Virus record (IMG/VR): IMGVR_UViG_3300046171_000107
Coordinates: 1 to 57,546 of that record
DNA from: a virus
Lineage: Duplodnaviria; Caudoviricetes
DNA: 57,546 nt
Strand: one strand, 5' to 3'
Shown here: one piece after another, positions 54,539-57,546 of the stretch
Layout: each line of letters starts with the position of its first letter
Numbering within the stretch: the stretch's first letter is position 1
Made by a program: the position numbers and the translations under genes
Notes under the pieces: model-generated
Database searches by the model: none
What the model saw: only the letters and a program-made list of their open reading frames with translations
What the model was told of the DNA's origin: nothing

Positions 54539-54623
54539 GCGTTATCTCCTTCAAGACTAACTTACCATAGTCCTATACATATTTCTAGCAATTGGTGATA
54601 AACGAGCCGTGGGCCGCGGTCCA

Positions 54624-55652
54624 TCAATAATACCCCGAACGACTGGTCTGGAAGAACCCCTGCTCATTGCGCGGGAAATACACGTCAAGGCCACCTTCCG
54701 GAGACCTGAATGAGCGTTCTCCCGGTTCGCGGCCCAAGATCCTGTCCAATTGCTCAAATAATTTACTATCCACCATCTTAGCTAACTGCTGCGGGGTAGC
54801 ATTAACACCTGCCTCCCTCAACAACTTCACGCCAAACGCATTGTTGCGCTTGTCCATAGCCACATCTTCAGGAGTAGCATTACCAATAAGCGGTATAGGC
54901 AAAGCGTCTATACCCTCCGCGAAATTTCCTAATTTAATCGCGGTCTCCGGGCCAAACTGCCTTGCCATCTCAGCAGACATAAGCGCATGAGCCCGCGCAT
55001 CTTCTAACTCCTGAAACGTCGGCATATCATGCCGTGGCCGCTGGTTACGAATGTCTTCGGGGGCATCACTAAACTCACGTGGAACCTCCGCATACCCATA
55101 CTTTTGCTCCAACATCTGTTCAAATGTCGGGGCCCCTTCAGGATAATATGTCTGTGAACCCTCGCTGCTCTCTCTTCCAGAGGTGCGAACAAGATTCTGA
55201 GCCTCCGCGTTTGGCGCGTTATACAAAGCAGACAAAATGCCCGCTTCCTCAATGGCCGGGTTTCCGCCTTCCTGCATATAAAGTTCCGGGGCCCCTTTGT
55301 AACCACGAAGATCCGTGGGCCGCGAACTGAAATCCGGGGTGGACTGCCGCGTCAACGGCTCAGCCATACCCTCATACGGCGAATAGCGGGGCACATCTTG
55401 TTCAAAATACTGGCCTGCCATGCCTCGACTACGAGCGTCAGACCCTAAATCAACGCGATAACCCTCTTCATCAATAAAAGGCCGCGCTTCGTCGTCTACA
55501 AAATAATAGGCTTCGCCCGTCTCAGAGTAAGAGGGCCGTGTGCGGCGGGAAATCTCTACCGGGTCGTTGGTCCCGTATAACGCCTCGTCCATCGACATAT
55601 TACCAAAATCGGTAAAACCGCCCGCCCCAAGATTTACCGCAGAATCCGCCAT
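54624..55652 (-). CDS. Hypothetical protein with C-terminal DUF6973-like domain
   Basis: DARAHALMSA...E...MDKRNNAFG. Confidence 0.55.
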   Translation of the reverse strand: MADSAVNLGAGGFTDFGNMSMDEALYGTNDPVEISRRTRPSYSETGEAYYFVDDEARPFIDEEGYRVDLGSDARSRGMAGQYFEQDVPRYSPYEGMAEPLTRQSTPDFSSRPTDLRGYKGAPELYMQEGGNPAIEEAGILSALYNAPNAEAQNLVRTSGRESSEGSQTYYPEGAPTFEQMLEQKYGYAEVPREFSDAPEDIRNQRPRHDMPTFQELEDARAHALMSAEMARQFGPETAIKLGNFAEGIDALPIPLIGNATPEDVAMDKRNNAFGVKLLREAGVNATPQQLAKMVDSKLFEQLDRILGREPGERSFRSPEGGLDVYFPRNEQGFFQTSRSGYY

Positions 55653-57097
55653 TAGTAATACGCCCTAACCCTTACATTTGTGTCCTCGTCATCCCAATCG
55701 TCACTGGGCAACTGAACAAAGTTACCTTGCCGGTAGCGCATCAAAGCCTGTGTCATACTATCAACCAAGTCATCGTGCTCCCCGTTTGGAAACGCCGCCA
55801 CCTCCTCAATCATCTCATCGGCAAAGACGGTGTCGGGGGCCCAAACCATACCAGCCTCAAACAAAGGCGATACAGAGTGAACTCGTGTTATCTTATCATT
55901 TCCTTTGCTTGGCGTAAAGTTAACAACGGGGATGCCCATGTTTCTTAATTCCTGCGTCAAAGGCAGACCAGAGGCCTTGGCTTCCACAATTACTGTGTCG
56001 GGTTCCCAATACTTATATTGCTCCAAAGCCATGTTTTTTAATTCAGGAAAATCCCACCGGTCCTTTTGGCTGTCCAAAAGTATGAGTCCCGGAGGGCCCC
56101 CAACCTCCTCTGGACGAAATACGCCCCACGTGGTTATCGCGCTAAAGTCAGCCGTCTCGCGTTTACTAAATGCCGTATCATAACTCTGAATGACATATTC
56201 AAGATTTGGAATCTTGTCTTTCTCCCAGCGCCTCCACCATTGACGTGGGATGATCGCGTTCTCTTCGCCCGTCGGATTCTGCTGATACTGCGCGTTCCAC
56301 TTGCTGGGCGGGATAGATGCTTTGACCGCGGTCAGGTCTTCGATTGACCAAAACTCAGGCCAGCACGGGACGCCATCATCAAAAATCGCAGGAAGTTCCA
56401 CAACTTCCCATTGGTCCGCTAGGGGGTCTTTAGCCATCGCCTTCAAAAGCTGGCCCGTCATATCCTTTTCTGACCACCGGGTCTGGACCAAAACAATCGA
56501 CCCACCCGGCTGGAGCCTCTGTCGGGGGCCCCCAGTGTACCAATCCCAAGCATCGTCAAACCCGTTCGCAGACATCGCCGTCTGTTCCGAATGCGGGTCA
56601 TCAATGATTACCAAGTCGCCACCACGACCCGCGAGGTTTGATCCAACACCAACGGCATAGTACATCCCGCCAGCAGAAGTGTCCCAACGACCAGAAGCTT
56701 TACTGTCAGCAGCCAATTTAACATTCGGAAACACCTCCTTAAATTCATCACTATCCAAAAGATTTTTTGTCTTACGGCCAAAGTTGACCGCAAGCTCTGT
56801 CGTGTGCGTCGCCTGAATAATCTTCATCCGCGGGTTCTTGCCCATCATCCAAGCAGGAAACAGGAAGGATGCGAACTCTGACTTCGTATGACGCGGGGCC
56901 ATGTTGATGATAAGTCGCTTTAGGTCGCCTTTTGCAACCCTTTCTAACTTTTCGGCAATAATTTTATGATGACGACCGGCAATAAATTCCGGCCACATAG
57001 ATTTTACAAAAGTCAAAAATTCTTTCTGACAAGCTTCATTCTTCTCGATTTGCGCGAGTCGCAGGCGAAGCTTTAACTCCTGATCTGAAACATCCAT
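55652..57097 (-). CDS. terL: Terminase large subunit
   Basis: MAPRHTKS, IIDDP, QTRW, YQQNP, SYDTA, EAKASG, HDDLVDS. Confidence 0.95.
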   Translation of the reverse strand: MDVSDQELKLRLRLAQIEKNEACQKEFLTFVKSMWPEFIAGRHHKIIAEKLERVAKGDLKRLIINMAPRHTKSEFASFLFPAWMMGKNPRMKIIQATHTTELAVNFGRKTKNLLDSDEFKEVFPNVKLAADSKASGRWDTSAGGMYYAVGVGSNLAGRGGDLVIIDDPHSEQTAMSANGFDDAWDWYTGGPRQRLQPGGSIVLVQTRWSEKDMTGQLLKAMAKDPLADQWEVVELPAIFDDGVPCWPEFWSIEDLTAVKASIPPSKWNAQYQQNPTGEENAIIPRQWWRRWEKDKIPNLEYVIQSYDTAFSKRETADFSAITTWGVFRPEEVGGPPGLILLDSQKDRWDFPELKNMALEQYKYWEPDTVIVEAKASGLPLTQELRNMGIPVVNFTPSKGNDKITRVHSVSPLFEAGMVWAPDTVFADEMIEEVAAFPNGEHDDLVDSMTQALMRYRQGNFVQLPSDDWDDEDTNVRVRAYY

Positions 57098-57189
57098 CGG
57101 GGGCCCCTAAAGTTGCACATATTACAGGCATAAATATGCACACTTTTTAGTCAGTTAACAAGTCCCATCTAATTGCACAAAAAATAGGC

Positions 57190-57209
57190 AATGTTTCACG
57201 TGAAACATT
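57190..57209. promoter_or_regulatory. parS: Perfect bacterial parS palindrome
   Basis: TGTTTCACGTGAAACA at 57192-57207, extended to a 20-bp palindrome (AA...TT); intergenic. Confidence 0.85.
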
Positions 57210-57245
57210 CATATCATTTTTCACATGATTATTTGAGAAAAACAT

Positions 57246-57546
57246 GGCCCTTGCCTGCGCAGCCAGAGCCCGTGGCCGCGTTGCGCGATTTTTGGTAAAT
57301 GATTGATTTATCACGGTTTTTGACCCGATACCGGAATCCTAGTTTTTAAGGCCGCCGCCCGCGTTTCGACGCCCGCCGCCCGCGTATCATGCGCCGCGCT
57401 ATTCGCCCCGCGTTGCCCGTGCCGCGTTCCGCCGCCCGTGAAAATTTTTAAAAATACCGACGCCCGCGCCCCGCGTTTTTTGGATTGCGCCCCGCCGTGA
57501 TTTTTCCGCCGTATGTTTTACGCAATCCCCGCCCCGCCGCCCGCGG
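57246..57546. repeat. Terminal direct repeat, right copy
   Basis: Identical to 1-301. Confidence 0.95.

Noticed and set aside
54557-54757. 66-aa ORF as a frameshifted C-terminus of the 54624-55652 gene
   Set aside because: No slippery site or start signal identified; cannot be supported without homolog alignment
1-57546. tRNA genes, integrase/att sites, introns or inteins in pol, helicases or terL
   Set aside because: No cloverleaf, recombinase motifs or interruptions recognised; these ORFs have normal lengths

Overview
Apparently complete ~57.2 kb genome of a lytic, podovirus-like dsDNA phage, bounded by a 301-bp exact direct repeat (1-301 = 57246-57546). Almost all genes are on the minus strand. 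Modules: (i) 0.4-10 kb, small accessory and early genes arranged as terminator-promoter cassettes, plus terminase small subunit, VRR-NUC nuclease, a candidate origin and two free-standing endonucleases; (ii) 10-19 kb, replication (PolA, UvrD-like helicase, AEP primase, SSB-like protein, SNF2 helicase); (iii) 19-32 kb, probable ejected/internal virion proteins with an HlyC-like acyltransferase; (iv) 32-49 kb, tail, adaptors, Mu-gpT-like capsid, scaffold, GroES; (v) 49-57 kb, lysis genes, portal and large terminase. Gene content resembles marine alphaproteobacterial phages of the HTVC023P-like type (inference). I saw no integrase, RNA polymerase, tRNA or CRISPR array. Main highlights: a candidate ~70-nt trans-acting sRNA (8156-8225) whose seed is antisense to a conserved ACUACGGGAR box at the ribosome-binding sites of six phage genes, embedded in a likely operator network of an unannotated ribbon-helix-helix protein; an RTX-toxin-type (HlyC) acyltransferase beside virion proteins with cryptic T7 gp6.7/gp7.3-like N-termini; a perfect bacterial parS site near the genome end without a parB gene; a sigma4-alphaCTD fusion; and a pseudoknotted RNA downstream of the capsid gene. 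All family assignments come from motif recognition by eye, not database searches.
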